A DNA stretch of 45,783 bases from Candidatus Hydrogenedentota bacterium (GTDB taxonomy: Bacteria > Hydrogenedentota > Hydrogenedentia > Hydrogenedentales > GCA-2746185). The stretch lies in NCBI GenBank assembly GCA_947486375.1, contig CANKTP010000003.1, positions 1-45,783 on the forward strand, in the 5' to 3' direction. The notes under the pieces were generated by a model. It ran no database searches, was not told the DNA's origin, and saw nothing but the letters and a program-made list of their open reading frames with translations. Shown here piece by piece: positions 16,747-26,140 of this stretch (position 1 is the stretch's first letter; every line of letters begins with the position of its first letter). Made by a program: the position numbers and the translations under genes.

Positions 16747-17841
16747 ATGAGACTTTCGCTTCGTATTCTATTCTTGGCGGCGCTGTCCTCGGCAACGATC
16801 CCCGCGCGCGCCGAGCCCATCGTCGACCCTACGAGACCGGTCGCGTGGTCCGTAAAGCAGGGCGCGGAGGGAATGATTGTGGCCGTATCCCCCGCGCGCC
16901 AAAGCCTATCCATCGTGGGTACGACTGGCGCGCTGATCGGATCCGGCGTCGACGCGGTGGCGAACGACAAATTCCGCAAGGCGATCCGGGGAATGCTGGA
17001 AGGCTACGATACGGGGAAGGTGTTCGAGGAAAAACTTGCGTCGCGCTTGCACGCCGCCCTTGGCGCGAGGCTCGTCCGCGTGTCCCCGATGGGCTCCGCC
17101 GCTGGATTCGCCAACGCGAAGGAAGCCGAGAAGGTTCGCTTTCAATCCATCGCCAGCGATGGGGCCGAGGCCTTGCTCGATCTCCGGCTAACCTATGGCA
17201 TCTTCGGCGTCGAGGGAATCCTCGTCGCGAAAATCGAGGCCGATCTGTACGGGCTGCCCAAGGGACGGCGCCTCTGGGATGACGCACTCGTCGTTTCCAC
17301 CGAACCCATCCTCGGGGCAAACAAATTGCAAGACCCAACGAAGCGTCTCGCTCCGAATTTTTCGTCGCCCCGGCTCACCGCGGACGAGGACGCCGTCAGC
17401 AAATGGACGGAAGACAACGGCGAGACCCTCCGGGCGCGCTACGAAACAGCCGTGGACGGCGCCATCTCGGCGTTGGTGTGCGCGATGGGACTCGCGGCCG
17501 AGCCCGCCGGGGAATACTATCTTGGGAAACTGGCGTTGAACCGGAAGGAATTCGACGACGCGGCGGCGCACTTCAAGAAATCGGCGGCGCTCGATCCGGC
17601 GAACATCGACACGATCAATGGATTGGCTGTAACGATGGGCCACAACGATCAGCCCACCGAGGCCCTGGCCATGTTGGAACTCTTGACGAAGTCGCACCCC
17701 GAATACGGTGCCGCGTGGCACAACATCGCGTGGATCCGCGCCGTGAAGTCGGACGATGCCGACGGGGCGAAGGAACCGTACCGGAAGGCCCTCGAACTGG
17801 GCATGCCCGAGGACAAGAAGATCGAGAAAGCCCTCGAATAG
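16747..17841 (+). CDS. Secreted protein with C-terminal TPR repeats
   Basis: Signal peptide ending ARA-E; C-terminal TPRs (YYLGKLAL...AAAHFKKSAALDP, AWHNIA...YRKALELG). Confidence 0.75.
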   Translation: MRLSLRILFLAALSSATIPARAEPIVDPTRPVAWSVKQGAEGMIVAVSPARQSLSIVGTTGALIGSGVDAVANDKFRKAIRGMLEGYDTGKVFEEKLASRLHAALGARLVRVSPMGSAAGFANAKEAEKVRFQSIASDGAEALLDLRLTYGIFGVEGILVAKIEADLYGLPKGRRLWDDALVVSTEPILGANKLQDPTKRLAPNFSSPRLTADEDAVSKWTEDNGETLRARYETAVDGAISALVCAMGLAAEPAGEYYLGKLALNRKEFDDAAAHFKKSAALDPANIDTINGLAVTMGHNDQPTEALAMLELLTKSHPEYGAAWHNIAWIRAVKSDDADGAKEPYRKALELGMPEDKKIEKALE

Positions 17842-17852
17842 GGACGAGGGCT
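17829..17852. terminator. Hairpin between convergent genes, possible bidirectional terminator
   Basis: AGCCCTCG-8 nt-CGAGGGCT overlapping both stop codons. There is no U-tract. Confidence 0.35.
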
Positions 17853-20118
17853 AACGCGGGTGCCTAAACCGTCGCAGTACAAGATGGCCCCATCCGCCGA
17901 AGACTATGGCCAGCGCCACCCCCATGGCCCATAGCCCGTATCGAAACGGTGAGGGGTCGTATGTGAACCGGATCGTATGGGCTCCTTTCGGGACGACGAC
18001 GCCGCGGAACATGCCATCGACCGGGACAATGTCCGCGATGATACCGTTCACCGTGGCCGTCCAGCCGGGGTAGAACGTGTCGGCCAACACCGCGATTCCT
18101 TGGGCATCAGTGTCGACGCGGAGTTCCACGGCTGTGTTTCGAGATTCCGCAATCGCCGCACGGCCGCTCGCATTCTCGCCCGCCGCCGCCAGTTGCACGA
18201 TACCTTCCAAGAGCGGGGGCAAGCCCGAGGCAAGCAGGCCTTCTTGGAATGCGTCCACGCGGCGGCCATCGAATATGACCCGGGCGCGAGGAACGGTTTC
18301 GACGTGCTCGAACAAGGCCGCGCCGGATTCGTAGACATGAACCAGCCGCAGGCTCTCCCGGACGGACGCGAACACTCCGCGCACATCCGCCTTCGTCAAC
18401 AATAGCCCGGAACACGCGGCGCGCAGCTGGAGGAGCGGGTCGCGCTGCCACGCGGTCTGAAACTGCGCGGCACGCTCGATAAAGGGAGTGTCGTCGCGGA
18501 GTATGCGCGCAACCCCGTGACCTTCCACGGGCCACCCTGACATCGAGTCGCTACCCCCGATCCTTGCGCCGGCTTGTCCAAGGGACTCGACAAATGGCGT
18601 GGACGGAAAGAATTGGCGGGTGGCGGCGTAGGGAACCAGGGGATCGAACGCGAACATGAGCTCGGCAATCGTGACGAGCGCCAATCCGTGGCCCAATGTC
18701 CGCGCCGAGGGGCGAAGTAGGGTGGCCGTGAGCAGACCGAAGAATGCAACGGTCACACCCACCGCGGCGACGGACGGGACAATTAGGGGAATCCGGGAAT
18801 TCCCCCACGCCATGTAGATGCCGAAGCCAAGCAGCATCACCAGGGGCGGAAGCATAAACGCGAGGCGGCGCAGGGCCGCGTTGCATTGGGCGGGATTCAA
18901 TTCGAGCCACGCCTCGCCTGCGGCCGCGCCCACGAGGGGCAGGGCGAGGGTGGTCATGATCGTCCAATGCTCGAGCCCGAGATCCCCGGCCCCGGGAATA
19001 CCAATCAGTCTTCCATCGAGCCCAGCCCCGGCGGCGCCCAAGAGGAGTACTGTCCCGAGGAGGGCGTCGATTCGGTGACGATGCGGTCCCGGAGCGCTAT
19101 GCCGGACCGCGCACCAGAGGACGGCCAACAAGACAAACGCTAGGCCCGGATGCAGTAACGCGGCATCACGGGGGGAGACGGGCCCGGCATTGCCCGAAAC
19201 CACCGCGGAGGAATTCCCGAATAGTCCCGGCAGGGCGACATGGACGAGATCAAGCAGCGCCAGATGGGACGGGGAGGAAGGCGGCGAGGACGCCGACTGC
19301 GCGACGAGTTCGACGAAGGGAGCGATTTGCGGCGCGGCAAGCGCGACGGCGAGAAGCACGGCGCACACGAACGCCGCGTATGGCTTGGCTCCTGTTTTCC
19401 GGCGATGCGGAAGGACCGCGCGCAAGACCAAGTAGGTCACGGCGAAAAGGCCGAATCCCGCGCAGGCGTTCGGGTCTCCGCCGATCAGCATGAGGGCCAT
19501 GACAAGGGTGCCCATCGGCCAGTAACGCGCCTGCCCCAGGGCAATTCGTTCTACGAACAAGAGAAACAACGGTGCCCACGGCAACACATCGGACAACGGA
19601 GCGCTGAGCCAAAGCCGCATGGGCGCGCCCAACATGAACGCGGCCCCAACGAGGAATGCGAAGGGGCCGTGGAATCCCAATCTCCGGGCAACGAAATAGG
19701 CCGTCATTCCGGCAACGAGTAGCTTCGCCAAGACCGACACGGCGAGCGCCGTGCCCAGGTCGAGAAAGTAGAACGGGATCGAGAATGGCGAGAATGCGCG
19801 GGTATTCCATTGCGCGATGAACGGGGCACCGGTCGAATGCCCCGGGTCCCAAAGCAATGCCAACGGATCATGGGCATGTTTCGAGACGAATGCATACGCA
19901 AGATACGCCTCAATCCCCTCGCGCTCGATCTCGGGATTGCCGAGTGGCTCGAATCCGTCTGGGCGGGCCGCCTCCCACGGGGGTAGTTCAAAGAGACGAT
20001 GGTTCGAAAGCGGAATTCGTCCGTCAACGACTGCCGGATACGTGGCGAGTAGCGCGCACGCGAGCAGAAGTAGCAGGTGAATCGCGTCGCCGATCACCCA
20101 TCGGAAACGATGCGTCAT
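17851..20118 (-). CDS. YfhO-family polytopic membrane protein (GT-C-like)
   Basis: LWDPGHSTGAPF motif, many TM helices, and C-terminal DTFYPGWTATVNG...FRGVVVPKGAHTIRFTY. Confidence 0.8.
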   Translation of the reverse strand: MTHRFRWVIGDAIHLLLLLACALLATYPAVVDGRIPLSNHRLFELPPWEAARPDGFEPLGNPEIEREGIEAYLAYAFVSKHAHDPLALLWDPGHSTGAPFIAQWNTRAFSPFSIPFYFLDLGTALAVSVLAKLLVAGMTAYFVARRLGFHGPFAFLVGAAFMLGAPMRLWLSAPLSDVLPWAPLFLLFVERIALGQARYWPMGTLVMALMLIGGDPNACAGFGLFAVTYLVLRAVLPHRRKTGAKPYAAFVCAVLLAVALAAPQIAPFVELVAQSASSPPSSPSHLALLDLVHVALPGLFGNSSAVVSGNAGPVSPRDAALLHPGLAFVLLAVLWCAVRHSAPGPHRHRIDALLGTVLLLGAAGAGLDGRLIGIPGAGDLGLEHWTIMTTLALPLVGAAAGEAWLELNPAQCNAALRRLAFMLPPLVMLLGFGIYMAWGNSRIPLIVPSVAAVGVTVAFFGLLTATLLRPSARTLGHGLALVTIAELMFAFDPLVPYAATRQFFPSTPFVESLGQAGARIGGSDSMSGWPVEGHGVARILRDDTPFIERAAQFQTAWQRDPLLQLRAACSGLLLTKADVRGVFASVRESLRLVHVYESGAALFEHVETVPRARVIFDGRRVDAFQEGLLASGLPPLLEGIVQLAAAGENASGRAAIAESRNTAVELRVDTDAQGIAVLADTFYPGWTATVNGIIADIVPVDGMFRGVVVPKGAHTIRFTYDPSPFRYGLWAMGVALAIVFGGWGHLVLRRFRHPR

Positions 20119-20148
20119 GCGGGGCAATCCGCATCGATGGCGCCGGGA

Positions 20149-21531
20149 TTAGCGGCGCTTGGGCGGCGTATGGATGCTACGCCCATAGTAGTCTTCCGAG
20201 GCTTCCAACAGGGTTTCGGACAAGGTCGGGTGCGTGTGGATCGTGTGCGCCACATCTTCGACGGTCGCTTCCATCTGCATGGCCAGGGCGGGCACGGCGA
20301 TCAATTCTCCCGCCTCAGCGCCGAGGATGTGCGCGCCGATCAATTGGTCCGTACGCGCGTCTCCGATCAGCTTGACCATGCCATCGGTCTCGTCCATCGC
20401 GAGGGCGCGCCCGCTGGCGGCAAAGTTGAACCTCCCCACGCGGACCTCAATCCCGGCCTCGCGCGCCTGCGCCTCCGTCAAGCCGACGCGCGCGATCTCC
20501 GGCGAAGTGAAGGTGCATGCGGGGACAACGCGATAGTTCATCGTCCGGTTTTTACCGGCTGAGTTTTCCGCCGCAACCATCGCCTCCGCCGAGGCCCCGT
20601 GGGCCAGCAACGTCTTCCCCGTGACGTCGCCAATCGCAAAGATGCCGGGTATCGATGTCTCCATGCGATCGTTCACAAGAATCTGCCCACGATCCCCCAG
20701 CGCCACGCCTGAATTCCCCGCCGCCTCCGAATTGAATGCGATTCCGATTCCTACCAGGACCACATCCACTTCGACCGTGCCCGGCGATTTCCCCTCAAGC
20801 TCGAGCGTAACGCCCTTCTTGCCAACCTTCATCGTCTTAACCGTGGTGCCGCTGCGCACATCGATGCCGGATTTCTTCCAATGCTTTGCAAGCCGATCCG
20901 TTAGTTCCACGTCGTCCAACGGCAAGACCGACGGCATCTTCTCGATCAGTGTCACGGACGCGCCAAAGTTGTTCCAGAGGCAGGCAAACTCGCTGCCAAT
21001 GGCCCCGGCGCCGATCACCGCGATCCGCGAGGGAACATGATCAAGTTCGAGGGCGTCCGTGCTGCCAATGACCGTCTTGCCGTTGGTCTCGAGGCCCGGA
21101 ATCCGCGCGGGGCGGCTCCCCGTGGCAACGATGATCGAGCGCGAGCGAAGCGACCGGCCGTCCACCATAACCGTGCCCGGTCCCTCGACGGACGCGCTAC
21201 CTTGAACGGCCTCTATTCCGTGTCCCTTGAAGAGACTCGCGATCCCCGCCTTGTTCTTCCGCACGACGTCGTTCTTGTGCTTGAGCAGACCCGGCAGATC
21301 TAAAGTCACATCGGCGGCGCTGATCCCGTGCGTCTTGCCTCCCTTGAGCCTGCGGTACGTTTCCCCGGAATGGATCAGCGTCTTCGTCGGGATACACCCC
21401 CAGTTCAGACAAACGCCGCCCAGTTCGGCCCGTTCGATTACCACGACCTTCGCGCCAAGTTGGGCCGCGCGAATCGCGGCGACGTACCCGCCGGGCCCCG
21501 CGCCGATAACAATGACATCGCAATCGAGCAT
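20149..21531 (-). CDS. lpdA: Dihydrolipoyl dehydrogenase (E3)
   Basis: GAGPGGYVAA, redox motif GGVCLNWGCIPTK, GAGAIG and HPTLSE. Confidence 0.95.
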   Translation of the reverse strand: MLDCDVIVIGAGPGGYVAAIRAAQLGAKVVVIERAELGGVCLNWGCIPTKTLIHSGETYRRLKGGKTHGISAADVTLDLPGLLKHKNDVVRKNKAGIASLFKGHGIEAVQGSASVEGPGTVMVDGRSLRSRSIIVATGSRPARIPGLETNGKTVIGSTDALELDHVPSRIAVIGAGAIGSEFACLWNNFGASVTLIEKMPSVLPLDDVELTDRLAKHWKKSGIDVRSGTTVKTMKVGKKGVTLELEGKSPGTVEVDVVLVGIGIAFNSEAAGNSGVALGDRGQILVNDRMETSIPGIFAIGDVTGKTLLAHGASAEAMVAAENSAGKNRTMNYRVVPACTFTSPEIARVGLTEAQAREAGIEVRVGRFNFAASGRALAMDETDGMVKLIGDARTDQLIGAHILGAEAGELIAVPALAMQMEATVEDVAHTIHTHPTLSETLLEASEDYYGRSIHTPPKRR

Positions 21532-21532
21532 G

Positions 21533-22855
21533 TTAGCGGTTGAACTCCCCGGTCTCCATCGCCGACTTCAGGCCCCCCATGAATTCCGCCGCTACGGCCC
21601 CATCAATCACCCGATGATCGCTCGACAGGGTCAGCTTCATGATCGGGCGGATATGAATCCCCCCGTCGATAACCACGGGCCGGTCCTTCATCTGGCCGAC
21701 GGCGAGGATCGCGCTATCGGGTTGGTTGATGATGGCCGTGAAGTGATCAACGCCAAAGGCGCCAAGATTGGATATCGTGAACGTGCTGCCTGCGTAGTCA
21801 TCGGGTAACAAACGATTCTTCCGGGCCTTCTCCACCAACGCGGCACAGGCCTCGTGAAGCTGCCGGAGGCCCATGTCATGTGCGCCCTGCACCACGGGCA
21901 CGATGAGGCCCGTGGGAAGGGCCACGGCGAAGCCTAGGTTGATTTCGCCCAACGATGCGATTGCGTCTCCCAGCCAGCGCGAATTGACCGCCGGGAACTT
22001 TTTGATCGCCGCGACCGTCGCCATCATGACCAGGTCGTTGTACGAGGGCTTGAAGCCTTGGGCCGATGCCCGGATTTCCTTCGCCGCGGTCATGTCGACT
22101 TCGACGGTAACGTAATAATGCGGCGCGGAGAACTTGCTCTCCGTCATGCGCTTCGCGACGATGCGGCGCATCGGCGTTAACGGAACCACTCGCGAACCGG
22201 GCATCGCGACGGGCGCTGCCGATCCGCGCTTGGCCATAGCCGCCTCGACGTCTTCTTTGACGATTTTGTTGCCCGGACCCGTTCCCGTCACGCCGCGTAG
22301 ATCGACGCCCTCGATTTCCGCAAGGCGCTTCGCGGTGGGCGAGATGTGAAGGTCAGAGAGTGACTCGGCATAGGCGGCCACGTCGGCCTCCATAATCCTC
22401 CCCCCCACTCCAGTCCCTTGAATCGCAGAGAGTGAGACGTGATGCGCCGAAGCGGCGGCCTTCGCCCTGGGCGAAGCCTTGACCGGGCCAGAGATCGTCT
22501 GGACAGGCTCCGTGGCGGCGGCTTGTGGCGTTGGAGTCGCGGGGCCCGGCGCAGTGTTCTCGCTTGCTTTCGGAGTAGCCGGTACGGGCGCCGAAGCAAT
22601 GGCTGCCGGCAGTTCCTCGCCGGGCTCGCCGACCAATGCCACCACGGTCATGACGGGGACGATTTCGTCCGTCGGGACCACAATCTTCCGCAATACGCCC
22701 GAGGCCGTCGATTCGCACTCGATCTCGGCTTTGTCAGTTTGGACGCAGAACAGCGGTTCGCCCTTGGCGACCGTGTCGCCTTCCTTCTTCAGCCATTGGA
22801 CAATCGAGGCTTCCTCGACCGACTGGCCAAGCTGCGGCAATTTGATTTCGTGCAT
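21533..22855 (-). CDS. Dihydrolipoamide acyltransferase (E2) with one lipoyl domain and two peripheral-subunit-binding domains
   Basis: Starts MHEIKLPQLG; lipoyl site QTDKA; two SP.A...GTG..G.I...DV repeats; catalytic DHRVIDGA. Confidence 0.93.
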   Translation of the reverse strand: MHEIKLPQLGQSVEEASIVQWLKKEGDTVAKGEPLFCVQTDKAEIECESTASGVLRKIVVPTDEIVPVMTVVALVGEPGEELPAAIASAPVPATPKASENTAPGPATPTPQAAATEPVQTISGPVKASPRAKAAASAHHVSLSAIQGTGVGGRIMEADVAAYAESLSDLHISPTAKRLAEIEGVDLRGVTGTGPGNKIVKEDVEAAMAKRGSAAPVAMPGSRVVPLTPMRRIVAKRMTESKFSAPHYYVTVEVDMTAAKEIRASAQGFKPSYNDLVMMATVAAIKKFPAVNSRWLGDAIASLGEINLGFAVALPTGLIVPVVQGAHDMGLRQLHEACAALVEKARKNRLLPDDYAGSTFTISNLGAFGVDHFTAIINQPDSAILAVGQMKDRPVVIDGGIHIRPIMKLTLSSDHRVIDGAVAAEFMGGLKSAMETGEFNR

Positions 22856-22862
22856 GATAGGG

Positions 22863-24032
22863 CTAGTTGATCCGGTGGGAAACGTCGAGGACATCGTAAA
22901 TGAGCCGGGCAACGGTCGAACCCGGGTCAAGGCCACACACCTTGGAAATGACCCCGTCGAATCCCTCGCGGCGATACAACTCCTGTATCCGCTGCGCCGA
23001 GGGGTCACCGGGGTGATCGTACCGTATCGCGGCGGCGGCTGCAATCGCGAGGCCCTTGGGCTCGATCCCCTGCTTCGCGCACATCAACGCCGCGCCGATG
23101 AGCCGGTCATCGTTGCCGAGTTTCCGCTCGGGGTCCCGGGCGACGCGGTCAATTCGATCCCCGAGCGCCTTGTTCGCGAAACGGAGCTTTAAGTCGTCCC
23201 AGTGCCCACGAAGCTCGGCGCGGTCGAGGCGATAGGTCCTGACAAGTCCCTCGCAGGATTCGCCCATCGCAAGATCGACGATATCCGAAACCTTCGGATC
23301 TGCAATTGCCTCCCAAATGAATTCGTGCCCGCGAATCCACCCCAAATACGCCGTCGCGGCGTGCGCCGCGTTGTGAACGTACAATTTGCGAGCGACGTAT
23401 GCCGCGAAGTCCTTCTTGGGCAATAGGTGGGCAATCGCCGGAATCGGGCCTCGAAAAGCCTCGGCGTCGACCGGGAGTTCGCAGTACGCCTCGACATAGA
23501 CGCACAGCGGATCGTCGGCCCGTTGTTCTTCCGTCGTGGCGGGAACCATGCGCCCGATGCTGGCGTCCACGAAACCCACGAGCGATTCGAGCGCGGCGTG
23601 GAGGCCCGGATCGAGGTGCTTCAACACCTCGCCCTTCAAGTGCTTCGCGGCGTCGATCATGTTCTCGCAAACGATGATGTTCAGCGGGACCGGGTTGGGT
23701 TGAGAAAGGCGCGTCTTCAGACCGAGGGCAATGTTTGGCGCGATAAGCGGTAGCGCGGCCTGTCCCACGGCGGTCGAGGCGACCAGGGCATGCGAAATGG
23801 CCTCGGCCACCGCCGCCGAATCGCGTCCCGAAATCGCCGAGACCCGTCGCACGTCAATAGTCGTGGGAGTATCGCTCGCAATGTGAATGGCGTAATGGCC
23901 CCGGCGATTCAACTCGTCGACGACCCCGGGCGATACATCAACGAAGACCGTGTCATATCCAGACTCAAAATAGAGTTGCCCCAGAAATCCGCGCCCGATG
24001 TTCCCGGCGCCAAAATGGACGGCCTGCCTCAC
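22863..24032 (-). CDS. mtlD: Mannitol-1-phosphate 5-dehydrogenase
   Basis: AVHFGAGNIGRGF, TAVG, NIIVCEN, RKLYVHN..HA and RVARDPERKL...DRL. GTG start overlaps the upstream stop (GTGA). Confidence 0.85.
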   Translation of the reverse strand: MRQAVHFGAGNIGRGFLGQLYFESGYDTVFVDVSPGVVDELNRRGHYAIHIASDTPTTIDVRRVSAISGRDSAAVAEAISHALVASTAVGQAALPLIAPNIALGLKTRLSQPNPVPLNIIVCENMIDAAKHLKGEVLKHLDPGLHAALESLVGFVDASIGRMVPATTEEQRADDPLCVYVEAYCELPVDAEAFRGPIPAIAHLLPKKDFAAYVARKLYVHNAAHAATAYLGWIRGHEFIWEAIADPKVSDIVDLAMGESCEGLVRTYRLDRAELRGHWDDLKLRFANKALGDRIDRVARDPERKLGNDDRLIGAALMCAKQGIEPKGLAIAAAAAIRYDHPGDPSAQRIQELYRREGFDGVISKVCGLDPGSTVARLIYDVLDVSHRIN

Positions 24033-24838
24033 GTTGCGCGTCCAGCAGCGTTCGAGTCCACTGTGTTGAGGCTTTCCTCATGAATACGCCCGTTCGTCGC
24101 GAGAAGACTCTTGTTCGCGCCGAATAGGTCGAGCGGCGAACCGTCCAGATGCGTCACGCGTCCGCCCGCTTCCTCGACGATCAACGCGGCCGCAGCATAG
24201 TCCCACGGCGCCAACGCCACGTGAAAATACCCGTCCATGTCTCCGGTCGCCACGGAACACAGGCCGACCACCGCGGCGCAATGGCAGCGTACCTGGCCCG
24301 CGCCCACGGCAAGCCGCGTGAACCGGGCCAATGTCTCCTCCCGGATGGCCGGATTCCCAAAATCGATCTCGACCCTCGCAAGTCCGAGGGCATCCACGGA
24401 GGATACGCTCAAGGGATTTCCATTCCGCGCGGCCCCTCGACCGCGTTCCGCGAGGAACACATCCCCCGTCATTGGCATGCCCACTCCCCCGGCCCGAACT
24501 TGTCCCCCCTCGGCAAAGGCTATCGATATCCCGAACGCGGGAAACAATCCCCGGACGAAATTTTGCGTGCCGTCGATGGGATCGAGAATCCAACACCGCC
24601 CCTTGGGATTCGCTGGCATCCCCGACATCCCCAGCTCCTCCCCCAAAATGTCGTCGCCCGGGAACGCCTCACCAATAAGCTTCGTCAATCGGCGCTGGAC
24701 TTCCTCATCCACCTCGGTCAACAAGTCATTCGCCTCGGACTTCGACCAAACGGAAACCTTGGAGCGGTCCGAATAGCGTTCGGCCACATACGGCATGAGG
24801 CGGGCAAGGGATTCACGAACTAGTTCGATTTCGTTCAT
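24029..24838 (-). CDS. Inositol monophosphatase (SuhB-like) family protein
   Basis: GEE, WILDPIDGTQNF and PWDYAAAALIVEEAGG. Confidence 0.92.
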   Translation of the reverse strand: MNEIELVRESLARLMPYVAERYSDRSKVSVWSKSEANDLLTEVDEEVQRRLTKLIGEAFPGDDILGEELGMSGMPANPKGRCWILDPIDGTQNFVRGLFPAFGISIAFAEGGQVRAGGVGMPMTGDVFLAERGRGAARNGNPLSVSSVDALGLARVEIDFGNPAIREETLARFTRLAVGAGQVRCHCAAVVGLCSVATGDMDGYFHVALAPWDYAAAALIVEEAGGRVTHLDGSPLDLFGANKSLLATNGRIHEESLNTVDSNAAGRAT

Positions 24839-25179
24839 TGGATATCTTCTCGATGCGACAATGACAGTCTGGGCGCAGGATTATGGGTCAACTCCGTCCT
24901 GCTTGTCCATCCATCCCTCGAAATTTGGGATGTCCCCAATCCCCAAACTTCCCGGTCGGCCCAACGAAGGAATGGCCTGGTGCGATTGCTTCGTCCTCGA
25001 CGCGAAAAGCATGTCCTTGGAATGCAGCGAGATTCATAGGGCCACGCGCGGATATCCGGGTGTACGCGCGCTGACAGTTCGAATGCTCGACACCGTCCGT
25101 GACGATTCGCGGCCATGAGTTTGTCCCAATCTGCGCCCCCTGTTATTCTCTGCGCCTGAACCCCGGAGGAAACGTTATC

Positions 25180-26139
25180 GTGCATGTACGAAAGGCGGTC
25201 ATTTCCGCCGCAGGCAGGGGCGCCCGCCTCTATCCCTCGGCCGACACCGTGCAGAAGGCCATGCTCCCGGTAGTCGATCGGGATGGCCTCGCCAAACCCG
25301 TGATCCAAATCATCGCCGAGGAGGCGCTTGAAAGCGGTATCGAGGAAATCTGCATCGTCACCGCGCCGGGGGACGCGCAAGGCTACGAGCGGCAGTTCTC
25401 CGCGTTGCGCGAGAACCTGCTCCGGACCTACGAGGGCGCCGCGTGGGCGGAATCGGGCGCCCGTAGAATCGATGACCTCATCGGCCGGATACGTTTTGCG
25501 GAGCAGCGCGAGCCCCTCGGATACGGCCACGCGGTCGGGTGCGCGGAGGAATTCGTCGGTGGCGAGCCCTTTCTCCTCCTGCTCGGCGATCATCTCTATA
25601 TCTCGCACCTTTCGGGCCGCCGTTGCGCCCAGCAACTCATCGAGCTCGCCACGCGCCGGGAGTGCGCCGTGGCGGCCGTGCAATCGACCCGGGAACACTT
25701 GATCGGCCGGTACGGCACGCTCAGCGGCCGCCGGCTTCCGGATTCGGCGAACGCCTACCGCATCGAGGCAATCGTCGAGAAGCCCTCGGTAAGCCGCGCG
25801 GAGATCGAGCTCCAAACGCCGGGCTTGCGCGTGGGTCATTACTTGTGTTTCTTTGGCATGCATGTCCTGACCCCGGCGATATTCGGGCTCATTCGCGAGT
25901 CCGTCCCGTCGCAGCCGGGCGAAATTCATCTCACCCCGGCGTTGCAGGAACTCGCGCGCCGCGAAACCTACCTCGCCCTCGAGATCGAGGGCACACGGTA
26001 CGACATTCGCGGGAAATTCGGTTTGTTGCAGGCGCAAATCGCGTTCGCCATGTCCGGAAGCGATCGGGATCATCTTCTCACGACAGTCGTGGATACCCTG
26101 GCCGAATCGGCGGCGCGCGGCCAGGGGCCGGCACGCTGA
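25180..26139 (+). CDS. GalU-like sugar-1-phosphate nucleotidyltransferase
   Basis: KAVISAAGRGARLYP, KAMLP, EQREPLGYGHA, LLGD and IVEKP; GGAGGA RBS before GTG 25180. Confidence 0.85.
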   Translation: MHVRKAVISAAGRGARLYPSADTVQKAMLPVVDRDGLAKPVIQIIAEEALESGIEEICIVTAPGDAQGYERQFSALRENLLRTYEGAAWAESGARRIDDLIGRIRFAEQREPLGYGHAVGCAEEFVGGEPFLLLLGDHLYISHLSGRRCAQQLIELATRRECAVAAVQSTREHLIGRYGTLSGRRLPDSANAYRIEAIVEKPSVSRAEIELQTPGLRVGHYLCFFGMHVLTPAIFGLIRESVPSQPGEIHLTPALQELARRETYLALEIEGTRYDIRGKFGLLQAQIAFAMSGSDRDHLLTTVVDTLAESAARGQGPAR

Positions 26140-26140
26140 C

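Noticed and set aside
24921-24953. TTTGGGATGTCCCCAATCCCCAAA imperfect palindrome as a repeat or ncRNA
   Set aside because: Only one clear copy in the window, weak pairing and no recognisable family.
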